From contig JBBRLI010000003.1 of the NCBI GenBank assembly GCA_038231455.1, positions 148,917 to 212,916 on the forward strand: DNA of 64,000 nt, written 5' to 3'. The position numbers were made by a program, and so were the translations under genes. The notes beneath the pieces were generated by a model, which was given only the letters and a program-made list of their open reading frames with translations, searched no databases and was not told where the DNA came from. This document shows, one piece after another, positions 51,468 through 60,593 of the stretch. The DNA comes from Vulcanimicrobiales bacterium. Lineage in GTDB: Bacteria; Vulcanimicrobiota; Vulcanimicrobiia; Vulcanimicrobiales; Vulcanimicrobiaceae. Position 1 is the stretch's first letter. Every line of letters starts with the position of its first letter.

Positions 51468-51858
51468 ACGCGTTCGCGGCCACGTCATCAACGTGCACGC
51501 GATGGGCGCGACGGTGCGTTTGGATGATGGGCGTCTCGCCGCGGTGCCCATCGGAGACGTGAACGCGAACCGGGCTGCCTATACGCGCGCCGAGGGCGAA
51601 CGCGAGCAAACGTTGCCGTTCGACCTGGTTGCCGATGGTCGCTATCCGGCCGTCGTCTTGGCGAAGACGCGCGTCGATGAGCCGATTGTGCCAAGTGCCG
51701 TCGTCCCACCGCTCGTCAACGAGAGTTTCGAAGATCAGATCACGGCCTATTTGAAGTCCACGGAAGCCTGGGCGCCGCCCGATGAACCGCAGCCGTTCGA
51801 ACGCCACCTCACGCGCAAGAAGCGCCGCGCGAAAGTCTTCAAGGTCGACCCTTCCTAA
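51457..51858 (+). CDS. Degenerate S1-domain protein (YabR-like)
   Basis: VRGHVINVHAMGATVRLDDG; SFEDQITAYLKS tail; follows divIC. Confidence 0.65.
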   Translation: MPPERVRGHVINVHAMGATVRLDDGRLAAVPIGDVNANRAAYTRAEGEREQTLPFDLVADGRYPAVVLAKTRVDEPIVPSAVVPPLVNESFEDQITAYLKSTEAWAPPDEPQPFERHLTRKKRRAKVFKVDPS

Positions 51859-51898
51859 AAAGGGGGCACTCAACACGGCTGGAGCGAAACGCTCGCTT

Positions 51899-52771
51899 GT
51901 GACTGATGTGCGCGTCGAGCCTGTAAAAGTTCCCGGCAGTTTCGTCCGTATTCAAGGGACGTATTCGTCACTGCGTACGGCCGAACAGCGAGTCGCCGAC
52001 TTCATTCTCAAGCATCCCGACGACTTGATTTATCTCACGGTCACCGAGCTTGCAGAACGAACGAATACCAGCGAGTCGACCGTGGTGCGGTTGTGCCAGA
52101 AGATCGGCTACAAAGGCTACCAAGAGTTCAAGATTATGCTCGCGCGCGACTTGGTCGAGCCGACGCACGAAATTTACGCGCAGATCGAGTCGGGCGATTC
52201 GCTCACGACGATCAAAAACAAAGTCTTCCAAGCAAACGCGCAGGCGTTGCGCGACACAATGGAAGTGCTCGCGGATAGCGAGCTTGAGGCTGCGGTTGCT
52301 GCGCTCGCGCACGCGCGCCGGGTCGAAATCTACGGCGTTGGCGGAAGCGCGCCGCTGGCGCTGGACGCCTATCACAAATTCCTCAAACTCGGGATCGGCG
52401 CCGTCGCGCTCTCCGACGGCGATATGATGGCGATGTCCTCATCGCTCTTGCAGAAGGGCGACGTGGCCCTTGGGATATCGCACACCGGCGCGAGTCGTGA
52501 TGTGACCGACGCCCTCTCGAAAGCGCAAGAAGCGGGTGCGAAGACGATCTGCATCACGCACCGCTCGACATCACCAATCACCAAGGTCGCGGACATCAAA
52601 CTCTACACGGCGGCAAAACAAACCGCGTTTCGCAGCGATGCCAGTTCGAGCCGCATCGCGCAGCTCACCATCATCGATACGCTCTACGTTGGAATTGCGC
52701 TGAGCGATTACGATCGCTCGCTGAAAATGATCGGGAAGACCCGCGAGGCGACTGCGAGCAAACGGTATTAG
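51899..52771 (+). CDS. RpiR/MurR-family transcriptional regulator
   Basis: SESTVVRLCQKIGYKGYQEFK HTH; SIS domain YGVGGS, ISHTG. Confidence 0.94.
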   Translation: MTDVRVEPVKVPGSFVRIQGTYSSLRTAEQRVADFILKHPDDLIYLTVTELAERTNTSESTVVRLCQKIGYKGYQEFKIMLARDLVEPTHEIYAQIESGDSLTTIKNKVFQANAQALRDTMEVLADSELEAAVAALAHARRVEIYGVGGSAPLALDAYHKFLKLGIGAVALSDGDMMAMSSSLLQKGDVALGISHTGASRDVTDALSKAQEAGAKTICITHRSTSPITKVADIKLYTAAKQTAFRSDASSSRIAQLTIIDTLYVGIALSDYDRSLKMIGKTREATASKRY

Positions 52772-53684
52772 CGCGCGTGCATTGATCTCGATCGGCACGA
52801 ACTCGACGCGGCTCTTAGTCGCCGAGATCGCACCCGGCGGGATCGCTCCGCTCGCGCACGATTCACGCGGCACGCGCCTGGGCGCAAACCTGCGCGAATC
52901 GGGGCCGCTCGACCCACAAGCACGCGACCGCACCCTCGAGGCGATCGATGCCTACGTCGTCGTCGCAAAACGGTACGACGCGCAGATCTCCGTCATTGCA
53001 ACGAGCGCGATGCGTCGCGCATCGGACGGGGCTGCCTTTGCGGCGGAGATCGCCGAACATACCGGCGCAGCACCGCTGGTGCTCGACGGGAATGAAGAAG
53101 CGACGTATTCATTTCTCGGTGCGACGGCAGCGTTTGCCGATGCGCGCGACCTGGTCGTGGGCGTGCTCGATGTCGGAGGCGGCAGTACCGAGTACGCAAG
53201 CGACGTCCCGTCGAGCGCGCGCGGTACGTTAGCAACGACGATGTCGCTCGAAATCGGTGCGGTGCGTTTGGCGGAAGCCGTCCCCGAACTTCTCGGCGGC
53301 GCAGCCCTCGATACTGGCGCACGAGCAGATGCAATCGCGCGCGCACGCGCGCACGCCGATGCCATTCTCGCGCCGCTTGCCGCCCAGTCCGCGCCCGAAC
53401 GATTGCTCGCCGTCGGCGGCACGGTCGTCACCGCGGGCCTCATGCTGCACGGTCACGGCGACGGCGCGACGCTCACGGGTTTCGAACGTCGGCAACTCAT
53501 CGACGATTTACTCGCGCGTACGCTTGCCGAGCGGATCGAAATGCCGGGGATCCGTCCGCAGCGCGCCGACATCTTACCCGCGGGCCTCATCATTGTCGAT
53601 GCCGCTGCCGCCGCGCTGCGCTGCGATGCCATGACGATCAGCCTGAGCGATTTGCTCGCCGGATATTTACGCGCGACGTCGTAG
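52767..53684 (+). CDS. Short Ppx/GppA-family phosphatase
   Basis: IGTNSTRLL, TRLG, ATSAMR, EEA, DVGGGSTE, RADILPAG; start ATT 52767 or TTG 52782. Confidence 0.88.
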   Translation: MSARALISIGTNSTRLLVAEIAPGGIAPLAHDSRGTRLGANLRESGPLDPQARDRTLEAIDAYVVVAKRYDAQISVIATSAMRRASDGAAFAAEIAEHTGAAPLVLDGNEEATYSFLGATAAFADARDLVVGVLDVGGGSTEYASDVPSSARGTLATTMSLEIGAVRLAEAVPELLGGAALDTGARADAIARARAHADAILAPLAAQSAPERLLAVGGTVVTAGLMLHGHGDGATLTGFERRQLIDDLLARTLAERIEMPGIRPQRADILPAGLIIVDAAAAALRCDAMTISLSDLLAGYLRATS

Positions 53685-53722
53685 AAACGGATTGCCCGTC
53701 CCTTGCGGACCGAGCCCATCGT

Positions 53723-54050
53723 GGGATGATGGTGGAACTGGTAGACACAGCAGACTTCATTTGGAGCCGATCGCCCGGAAACGACGATCGGGATGCGCTC
53801 AAAGTCGGTGAACTCTTCCGCGGCAGTGATGTCGCCTGACGACGCCGAGCCAAGCGCGCCGCGAAAGCGGCGCGAAGGTGTAGAGACTGGACGGGCGCGA
53901 CCTACCCGGCCCCGAGTGCGAACTCGGGCCGCACGGTCAAGGCACAGTCCGGACCATCAAACGCGCGTTTGCGCGGTGGCGAAAGCCATAGTGGTGCGAA
54001 AATTTGCCGCCCGCGAGGGCGTCCGAGTTCGATTCTCGGTCATCCCACCA
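53723..54050 (+). tRNA. tRNA-Leu(TAA), intron-containing (exons 53723-53757 and 53999-54050; 87 nt spliced)
   Basis: Acceptor stem GGGATGA/TCATCCC+ACCA, D-arm GGTGGAACTGGTAGACAC, anticodon arm GCAGA-CTT^AAAA-TTTGC, long variable arm GCCC-GCGA-GGGC, T-arm CCGAG-TTCGATT-CTCGG. Confidence 0.95.
53758..53998 (+). ncRNA. Group I self-splicing intron (IC3-like), 241 nt, no ORF
   Basis: 5' splice site after U with U-G pair in P1 (CUU^C/GGAG), terminal G, P3 GCGCTC/GGGCGC, P7 GAGACT/AGTCC, P/Q/R/S-like cores, GNRA loops. Confidence 0.93.
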
Positions 54051-54134
54051 TTTCTGTAACCGCTCCGTATAAGGACCCTCGGCTTCGGTATCGAACCAAG
54101 CGTGCGACTAGCGCCTTCATACAATGGTGGTTAT

Positions 54135-56096
54135 ATGGTATTAGCGTCTGCCGGACGGCTGTCCTTAGCCGTAGCGTTTTTCTGTGCGGTGGCAACATTT
54201 GCAAACGCCGAGGACTCGTATCAGCCAAGCGATCTCATCGTGGCTGTCGTGCCCAAAGCATCGCCGAGTCCGGGCCCATCGCCCTCCGCCGGCCCGACCA
54301 AAGCGCCCAAGCGCTTTACGATCCATGGCGACGGCTATCTCAACGCCATCAATCAGCAGATGAAGGGCGAGGGGCTCAAACCTCCCGAGGGCCCGGCCTT
54401 TGCCGCGGGCAGCGTGATCGCGCCGAACAGTCCGTATGACTTGTTTTCCGGTGCGCCGCTGGGTTCGGGATTCGGCTTCCATCAGGCTCTCAAGATTTCG
54501 GCAGTGTACTCCCTCTCCAAGAACGTGGATTTCACCGCGCTCGTCGGCTACGGTTCCGTGAGCGGCAATGCGAACACCGCGGGGTATTGGGGCAATCAAT
54601 TGATGCCCACGCTCAACGCGCATTTGGGGTATCGCTCGGCAGCACTGCCGGTCGGGTTCGACACACATAACGCGCAGAATACGACGCAAGCCTCGCGTAT
54701 CTCCGTGCTCGAGGGAACGCTCATCACGCACGACGGCAATTCGGGTCTGCGCGCCGGATACTTCGATCTGCGTCAGACGAACAAGTTCGTGTTCCAGAGC
54801 GCGCCGCAATCGAACTCTCCCGCCTCGCTTGCGCCGGTGCTGCCGGAATCGCTTGGCGACGGCGCACCGCTAATGGATGCGATGGCGCCGTTCTCGACGA
54901 CGCTTCCCTTACACGGGATCGACGGTTTCACCAAAATCAAAGACGCAACGCTCGAATTTAGCGATGCAGAATTACCGGCACTCCCCGGGACACACGCGCG
55001 CGTGCGCACCGGCTCGGTCTTCATCGATCGAGGCCCCGGCACGAAGTTCTCGCTGCAATACGCGCACGTGAACGAAGGCGGCGACACGATCGGTACGACG
55101 ACCCTCTTCGGCGGCAATCCCACCGTCGTCGGTTCGTTTCAAGGACTCTTGCCCTTCTCGACCCTCGGCGCGCAGCGCCAGACGATCGTTGGTGGTTCGG
55201 CGCAATTCCCGCTGCCCAATGCATTCGATGCGCTCCTCGAATACAGCGTCTCGAGCTACTCGGCCGATGGCGTCGCAACGCCGGCAACCTCAAACGTTCG
55301 CGGCACGTATGCCCACGGTCAGTTGCGGCGCGGCTTTGGACCCTTCGAGCTTGCGCTCGATGGGTATCGTTTCGATCCGCATTACGCAACGACGATTCTT
55401 CCGTACGGCACGCTCGAAAACGTGTGGAGCTCCGCCTACTCGTGGCCAGGCCCTTGGCTCAAAGGCAACTACCAACTCGTCGACAACACGGCCGTCGGCG
55501 TGAATCGCCAAGGTTTCCGTCTCAAGGGCATCTCGGCGTTTGGCAAATCTGAAGTGCGTGTGTCCTACGCGCAGTTCGATCAAATCAGTCCCCTGAATGC
55601 CGCAAACGGCTTATCGACGGGCTTCGTCGAGGGGTATTATCTGCCGCAGCTCACGTCTGCCGGCACGACGCTCGGCCATCAGAAGCAGTACGCGGCGTAC
55701 GTTGCTTTGCATCCATCGTGGGGTGATGTGACCTTCGACTTCACCGATGACACGCAGCATCGCGATGCGACGCGCGGCAATCCGCAGGAAGCCGTCTCGA
55801 TCGACTATCCCGCGTACGTGTTCACGGTCTCGCGTCAGCTCAACCCGCGCTTGCTCGGAGCACTCGGCTACGCGCGCTACGCGACGAACGGGTCCTTTAG
55901 CAACAGCGGCGCGAACAACGCCGAAACCGATCAGCGCGTGTACTTCATCGGCGGACAGTTCTCCAAAGACGGCAAGAACGCGTACCATCTGCAATACCGC
56001 TACTACGTAAACAACGGCTTGCCGAACATCCCCGGAGCCGACGGCCCGCAATTCCACGGCGGCCAGTTCATCCTGGAGCAACGCTTCCACCTATAA
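54135..56096 (+). CDS. Secreted protein, probable outer-membrane beta-barrel of unknown family
   Basis: Signal peptide, Pro/Ser linker (PKASPSPGPSPS), alternating aromatic strands, C-terminus FILEQRFHL. Confidence 0.7.
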   Translation: MVLASAGRLSLAVAFFCAVATFANAEDSYQPSDLIVAVVPKASPSPGPSPSAGPTKAPKRFTIHGDGYLNAINQQMKGEGLKPPEGPAFAAGSVIAPNSPYDLFSGAPLGSGFGFHQALKISAVYSLSKNVDFTALVGYGSVSGNANTAGYWGNQLMPTLNAHLGYRSAALPVGFDTHNAQNTTQASRISVLEGTLITHDGNSGLRAGYFDLRQTNKFVFQSAPQSNSPASLAPVLPESLGDGAPLMDAMAPFSTTLPLHGIDGFTKIKDATLEFSDAELPALPGTHARVRTGSVFIDRGPGTKFSLQYAHVNEGGDTIGTTTLFGGNPTVVGSFQGLLPFSTLGAQRQTIVGGSAQFPLPNAFDALLEYSVSSYSADGVATPATSNVRGTYAHGQLRRGFGPFELALDGYRFDPHYATTILPYGTLENVWSSAYSWPGPWLKGNYQLVDNTAVGVNRQGFRLKGISAFGKSEVRVSYAQFDQISPLNAANGLSTGFVEGYYLPQLTSAGTTLGHQKQYAAYVALHPSWGDVTFDFTDDTQHRDATRGNPQEAVSIDYPAYVFTVSRQLNPRLLGALGYARYATNGSFSNSGANNAETDQRVYFIGGQFSKDGKNAYHLQYRYYVNNGLPNIPGADGPQFHGGQFILEQRFHL

Positions 56097-56187
56097 GATT
56101 TTAGCCCAGCAATCGAACCCTTCGGGATCCTGAGATTGCCTGTACTAGGATGAACCATTCTGTGTTCCGAAGCAGAACGGGTTTGGC

Positions 56188-56224
56188 GCGAAGACCCGGC
56201 CAGCGGCCGGGTTTTCGCTTTCTC
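56188..56224 (+). terminator. Terminator-like hairpin in the etfB leader
   Basis: GCGAAGACCCGGCC-AGC-GGCCGGGTTTTCGC, then TTTCTC, just before the AAGGAG RBS. Confidence 0.7.
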
Positions 56225-56249
56225 GCTATCGTAAGGAGACCGGTTCGCG

Positions 56250-57038
56250 TTGAAGATCGTCGTTACGGTCAAGCTCGTCCCCGACACAAGCGCCGATAAG
56301 CGCATCGATCCCGCAACCAAGCGCCTCGTGCGCGGTGGCGTGGAGACGGTTCTCAACCCCTTCGATGAGTATGCCATCGAAGCGGCACTGCAGCTCAAAG
56401 AGAAGCTCGGCGAAGGGACGACCGTCACCATCTTTACGATGGCGCCCGAGACCGGCAAGGAAGTCGTTCGCAAGGCCCTCGCGATGGGTGCTGACGATGC
56501 GGTGATGCTCTCCGATGCCGGGCTTGCCGGCTCGGATATTTGGGGCACGTCATACGCGATGGCAGCCGCTTTGAAAAAGATCGGATTCGATCTGGTTATC
56601 ACCGGTACGCAGTCGACCGACGCGATCACGGGCGATGTGCCGGGCATGCTGGCAGAATATCTCGGCGTCCCGGGCCTGACGTATCTGCGGAAGCTTGAGG
56701 TCGACGGCGATAAAGTGCGCGGTCAACGCGAGACCGAGACCGGCTTCCAAACCGTCTCGGCAGCGACCCCCGCACTCGTCTCGGTGACGAAGTCCATCAA
56801 CGAACCGCGCTACCCGTCGCTTAAGGGCATCATGGGCGCGAAGAAAAAGACGATCGTGATGATGACGCTCGCGGAACTCGGGCTTACCAAAGCCGTTGGC
56901 TCGGACGGTGCCAAAACCGAACTGACCGACCTTGCGACGCCGCCGGTGCGTGGCAAAGGTCAGGTCGTTACCGCGGCCGATGGAACCGAAGGCGCGCGGA
57001 TCATCGTTGACTTTCTTAAAGAGAAGAAGCTGCTCTAA
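56250..57038 (+). CDS. etfB: Electron transfer flavoprotein beta subunit
   Basis: [42 protein letters not shown]. Confidence 0.96.
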   Translation: MKIVVTVKLVPDTSADKRIDPATKRLVRGGVETVLNPFDEYAIEAALQLKEKLGEGTTVTIFTMAPETGKEVVRKALAMGADDAVMLSDAGLAGSDIWGTSYAMAAALKKIGFDLVITGTQSTDAITGDVPGMLAEYLGVPGLTYLRKLEVDGDKVRGQRETETGFQTVSAATPALVSVTKSINEPRYPSLKGIMGAKKKTIVMMTLAELGLTKAVGSDGAKTELTDLATPPVRGKGQVVTAADGTEGARIIVDFLKEKKLL

Positions 57039-58012
57039 TGCACGACGTTATCGCATTTATCGAACATACCGCGGGTCAACCGCGCCGCGTCTCCCTGGAA
57101 GCTGCGACCAAGGCGAAAGAACTCGCCTCGAAGCTCGGCGGGAAGGCCCATGCCGTGATCGTCGGTGGCGGCGCAAGCGCGGCGGCGGAGATCCTCAAAG
57201 GCTATCCGGTCGACCAGATTCACGTGCTCGATGACGCCGCACTCGACGGCTTTCTCATCGACCCAAGCGTCGATGCACTCGAATCGGTCGCGAAGGCTGC
57301 AGGCCCGGCGCTCGTGCTCGTGCCCAATACAATGACCGGTCGCGACGTCGGCAGCCGTCTTGCCGCACGCCTCGATGCTGGCATGAATGCCGATGCGACA
57401 GACATCGTCGTCAATGGCACGAATGTTGCGTGCGTTTCGCCGAAACTTGGCGGACTGACCATCACGACATGTGCGTTCAAGAACTCCGAATACGGCGTCG
57501 TCGCGATTCGTCCCAACGTGTTCACGGCGCAAGCGCAGGCGGGCGCCGGCGAGATCGTCGCGATCGCGCCGAGCGGCAAATCGTACGCGATCGTCGTTGA
57601 AGAAACGGTCAACGAAGCTGCCGCCGAACTTGGCGTTGAAGAAGCCTCGGTCGTCGTCTCGGGCGGCCGCGGACTCGGCGGTCCGGAACCGTTCAAAACG
57701 ATTCTCAAGGACCTTGCCGACGAACTCGGCGGAGCGGTCGGCGCGTCGCGCGCGGCGGTCGATGCGGGCTGGATCAGCCACGGCCATCAAGTCGGGCAGA
57801 CCGGTAAAACGATTTCGCCCAATCTCTATATCGCGGTTGGTATTTCCGGCGCGATCCAACACAAGGTCGGGATGCGCACGGCATCGACCATCGTCGCAAT
57901 CAATAAAGACGGCGGCGTTCCGATCGCTGATTTCGCGGATTTGCTCGTCGTCGGCGATGCATTTGCGATCGTCCCCGAGCTGACGCGTGCCGTCCGCTCT
58001 GCCAAAGCTTAG
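57038..58012 (+). CDS. etfA: Electron transfer flavoprotein alpha subunit
   Basis: [32 protein letters not shown]. Confidence 0.96.
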   Translation: MHDVIAFIEHTAGQPRRVSLEAATKAKELASKLGGKAHAVIVGGGASAAAEILKGYPVDQIHVLDDAALDGFLIDPSVDALESVAKAAGPALVLVPNTMTGRDVGSRLAARLDAGMNADATDIVVNGTNVACVSPKLGGLTITTCAFKNSEYGVVAIRPNVFTAQAQAGAGEIVAIAPSGKSYAIVVEETVNEAAAELGVEEASVVVSGGRGLGGPEPFKTILKDLADELGGAVGASRAAVDAGWISHGHQVGQTGKTISPNLYIAVGISGAIQHKVGMRTASTIVAINKDGGVPIADFADLLVVGDAFAIVPELTRAVRSAKA

Positions 58013-58027
58013 ATAGGAAACTCCCGC

Positions 58028-59587
58028 GTGATCCGTTCGCTCCGTCTCCTCTCACTCGTCGCGCTCGTCTCGACCGGCGTCGCGGCCTCGTTCGTCGCCT
58101 CCGCCAGTGCGGCTCCCAAAGCCACGCCGGCTCCCGCCTCGAGCGCGAGCCCCGCGCCCGCTCCGAGCGCTACGCTGGAGCCGCTCGACAAAACGATCTC
58201 GCGTCTCGAAGCGAAAATGAAAGCCGATCCGAACGACAAGGTATCGGCCCAGGATCTCGCGGGCGCTTACTATCAAGCCAATCGTCCCGATCTCACCTTA
58301 GGGATCACAAAAAAACTGCTTGCGGGCGGCACGAAGAACGCTCAGGTGTATTATTTCGACGGCGTCGCAAATGCGGCGGTCGGCGACACCAAGGCCGCCG
58401 TCGCTTCGCTCGAACAAGCGCGGAACTTCGAACCGACGAACGCGCAAGTGCTCGGCACGCTCACGACGATCTATCTGCGTCTCAACCAGCCGGCCGACGC
58501 CGAGCGCGTCGCGCAAAAAGCGATTGCGTTCAATAAAGATGACGAGAACGCGTATATCAACTACGGCTCGGTGCTCCTAGCCGAGCAGAAGTTCGACGAA
58601 GCACGCAAACAGTTCGAGACTGCTGCAACCCTGAATCCCAAAGACGCGCATCCCGTCGTGCTTGAGGCACGTTCGTATGCCGATCAGAACGCGATCGCCT
58701 TTGCTCAGCAGCAGTTCGATCGTGCGATTGCGATCGATCCGACCTCCGCCGAGGCGCTTTACGGCAAAGCCAAACTCTCTGCTGCCCAGCACAACGTGAA
58801 AGACGCCGTCACGTACTATGAATTGCTCCTCAAGACATCGACCGACGACAACGAACGCGCCTCGATCGTCGATGAAGAAGCCGGGCTCTACGCGACCGAG
58901 AAGATGAGCGCCGAAGCGGATGCCGCCTTTAAACGCGCGATTGCTTTGTATCCAAGCGTTCTCGGCACGCACATCGCATATGGCGATTACCTCGCTACGA
59001 CCAAAGACAATGCCGGTGCCGAGCGCGAGTGGACCGCCGGTCTTGGTCCGAACAAAGACAATCCGACCGCGCTGGTACGCGTCGGCCAACTCGCAATCTC
59101 GCGCAACAAATTCAATGAAGCCCTCGATGATTTCAAAAAGGCAACTGATCTTGCGCCGAGTGACCCGCAGGCGCAGTATACGCTCGGCCAGCTGTACATG
59201 ACGCAAAAGCAGTACGATAAGGCGCGCACGGCGTTCCGCACGTCGTTCGGCCTGCAGAAGACGCCGGAAGCCCTCGCCGGACTTGGCGCGGCTGACTATC
59301 AAGCGCACAACTACGTCGAGTGTGCCGAAGTCTTCGAAGCGCTGGATAAAGCGCCGAACTTCTCCAAACAAAACCCGCGGTTACTCGTTACGCTCGGCGA
59401 CTGCGAAGCGCGTGCGAACCGCAAGGCGCAGGCTAAGAGCGCGTACTCGCGTTTTCTTCCCTACACCAAACCCGGCTCGCAGGCCGAACGCGACATCAAG
59501 AAAATCATTGCCGATCTCGATGCAAAGAGCCCATCAAAGCCCGCAGCGAAGCCGGCACCTAAGGCGACCACGGCTCCGAAGAAATAG
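58028..59587 (+). CDS. Secreted TPR-repeat protein
   Basis: Signal peptide and ~10 TPR-like 34-aa helical repeats. Confidence 0.88.
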   Translation: MIRSLRLLSLVALVSTGVAASFVASASAAPKATPAPASSASPAPAPSATLEPLDKTISRLEAKMKADPNDKVSAQDLAGAYYQANRPDLTLGITKKLLAGGTKNAQVYYFDGVANAAVGDTKAAVASLEQARNFEPTNAQVLGTLTTIYLRLNQPADAERVAQKAIAFNKDDENAYINYGSVLLAEQKFDEARKQFETAATLNPKDAHPVVLEARSYADQNAIAFAQQQFDRAIAIDPTSAEALYGKAKLSAAQHNVKDAVTYYELLLKTSTDDNERASIVDEEAGLYATEKMSAEADAAFKRAIALYPSVLGTHIAYGDYLATTKDNAGAEREWTAGLGPNKDNPTALVRVGQLAISRNKFNEALDDFKKATDLAPSDPQAQYTLGQLYMTQKQYDKARTAFRTSFGLQKTPEALAGLGAADYQAHNYVECAEVFEALDKAPNFSKQNPRLLVTLGDCEARANRKAQAKSAYSRFLPYTKPGSQAERDIKKIIADLDAKSPSKPAAKPAPKATTAPKK

Positions 59588-59588
59588 C

Positions 59589-60593
59589 ATGATCGTCGCC
59601 TACGACGATGCATTGCTCGCGCACTTGGCGGACGTTTCGCACCCCGAACGTCCCGACCGGGTGCGCGTCGCCGCAGCAGCCCTCGCATCCGCCGGCATGC
59701 TCGCCGACCGGGTCACGCCGCGACCGGCAAGCATCGAGGAACTCGCGCGCGTCCACCCAGCTGCATACATCGAACTCGTGCGCCGCGAGTGTGCCGCGCT
59801 CGAATCGAATGAGGCGGCGAACCTCACGACCGGCGATACCACGATCGATGCGGGTTCGTATGACGCAGCGCGCCTCGCTAGCGGTGCGGCCTTGGTTGCA
59901 CTAGAAGCGACGCTCGCGCGGAACGCTGCATCGTTTGCACTCGTGCGCCCGCCCGGTCACCACGCCGAACCCGCGCGCGGAATGGGTTTCTGCGTCTTCA
60001 ACAATGCCGCAGTTGCGGCGCGCACGTTTCTCGCCGGTGGCGGCGAGCGCGTCTTGCTCATCGACTTTGACTACCATCACGGGAACGGGTCAGAGGCGCT
60101 CGTTGGCGAGGGCCTCTCCTACGCGTCCTCGCACGCTGCTCCCGCCTATCCCGGGACGGGCGATCCGCGCGCCAATCATTTCGATCCGCGCGGAACGTTG
60201 CTCGATCTGCCGATTGCTGCGAGCGGTATTTCGACCGAAGGCTTCGCTGCAATTTGGTCGCGCGCGCTCGAACGGCTCTGCGCCGCGATTCGACCGGAGT
60301 TGATCGTGGTCAGCGCGGGATACGATTACGCCGCGGGCGATCCCGTCGGCGATCTCGGCGTCGACGTCGCGGTCGCAAGTGAACTCGGCGCCGCGATTCG
60401 AGCCGCCGCCGATGAGTATTGCAACGGTCGCGCCGTTTTCGTGCTCGAAGGCGGCTACGATCCGCAGACGCTCGCACAGTCGGTCATCGCAACGATTCGC
60501 GGCTACGAAGCCGGCGGCGGAACGCTCGGCCATGCGGAGATCGACGCGATTCCGTTGCAGACGCGCGCGCTTCTCGACGCGGTACCCGCATGA
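59589..60593 (+). CDS. Histone deacetylase-family (Zn-dependent) amidohydrolase
   Basis: HPERPDR, RPPGHHA, GFC, DFDYHHGNG, SAGYD, LEGGY. Confidence 0.94.
   Translation: MIVAYDDALLAHLADVSHPERPDRVRVAAAALASAGMLADRVTPRPASIEELARVHPAAYIELVRRECAALESNEAANLTTGDTTIDAGSYDAARLASGAALVALEATLARNAASFALVRPPGHHAEPARGMGFCVFNNAAVAARTFLAGGGERVLLIDFDYHHGNGSEALVGEGLSYASSHAAPAYPGTGDPRANHFDPRGTLLDLPIAASGISTEGFAAIWSRALERLCAAIRPELIVVSAGYDYAAGDPVGDLGVDVAVASELGAAIRAAADEYCNGRAVFVLEGGYDPQTLAQSVIATIRGYEAGGGTLGHAEIDAIPLQTRALLDAVPA

Noticed and set aside
53751-53762. Reading the tRNA as having a CAT or TCA anticodon (gacttcat)
   Set aside because: Those bases are the intron 5' end; the spliced loop is CUUAAAA, and the long variable arm and A73 fit Leu
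53793-54059. 88-aa ORF across the intron as a possible homing endonuclease
   Set aside because: No LAGLIDADG, GIY-YIG or HNH motif; it runs through structured core RNA and exon 2
59283-59588. N-terminal extensions of HDAC (also GT2 from 48456, PhyH from 27723, RpiR from 51782, MauE from 60419)
   Set aside because: They overlap upstream genes; better starts exist at stop/start junctions or at the start of homology
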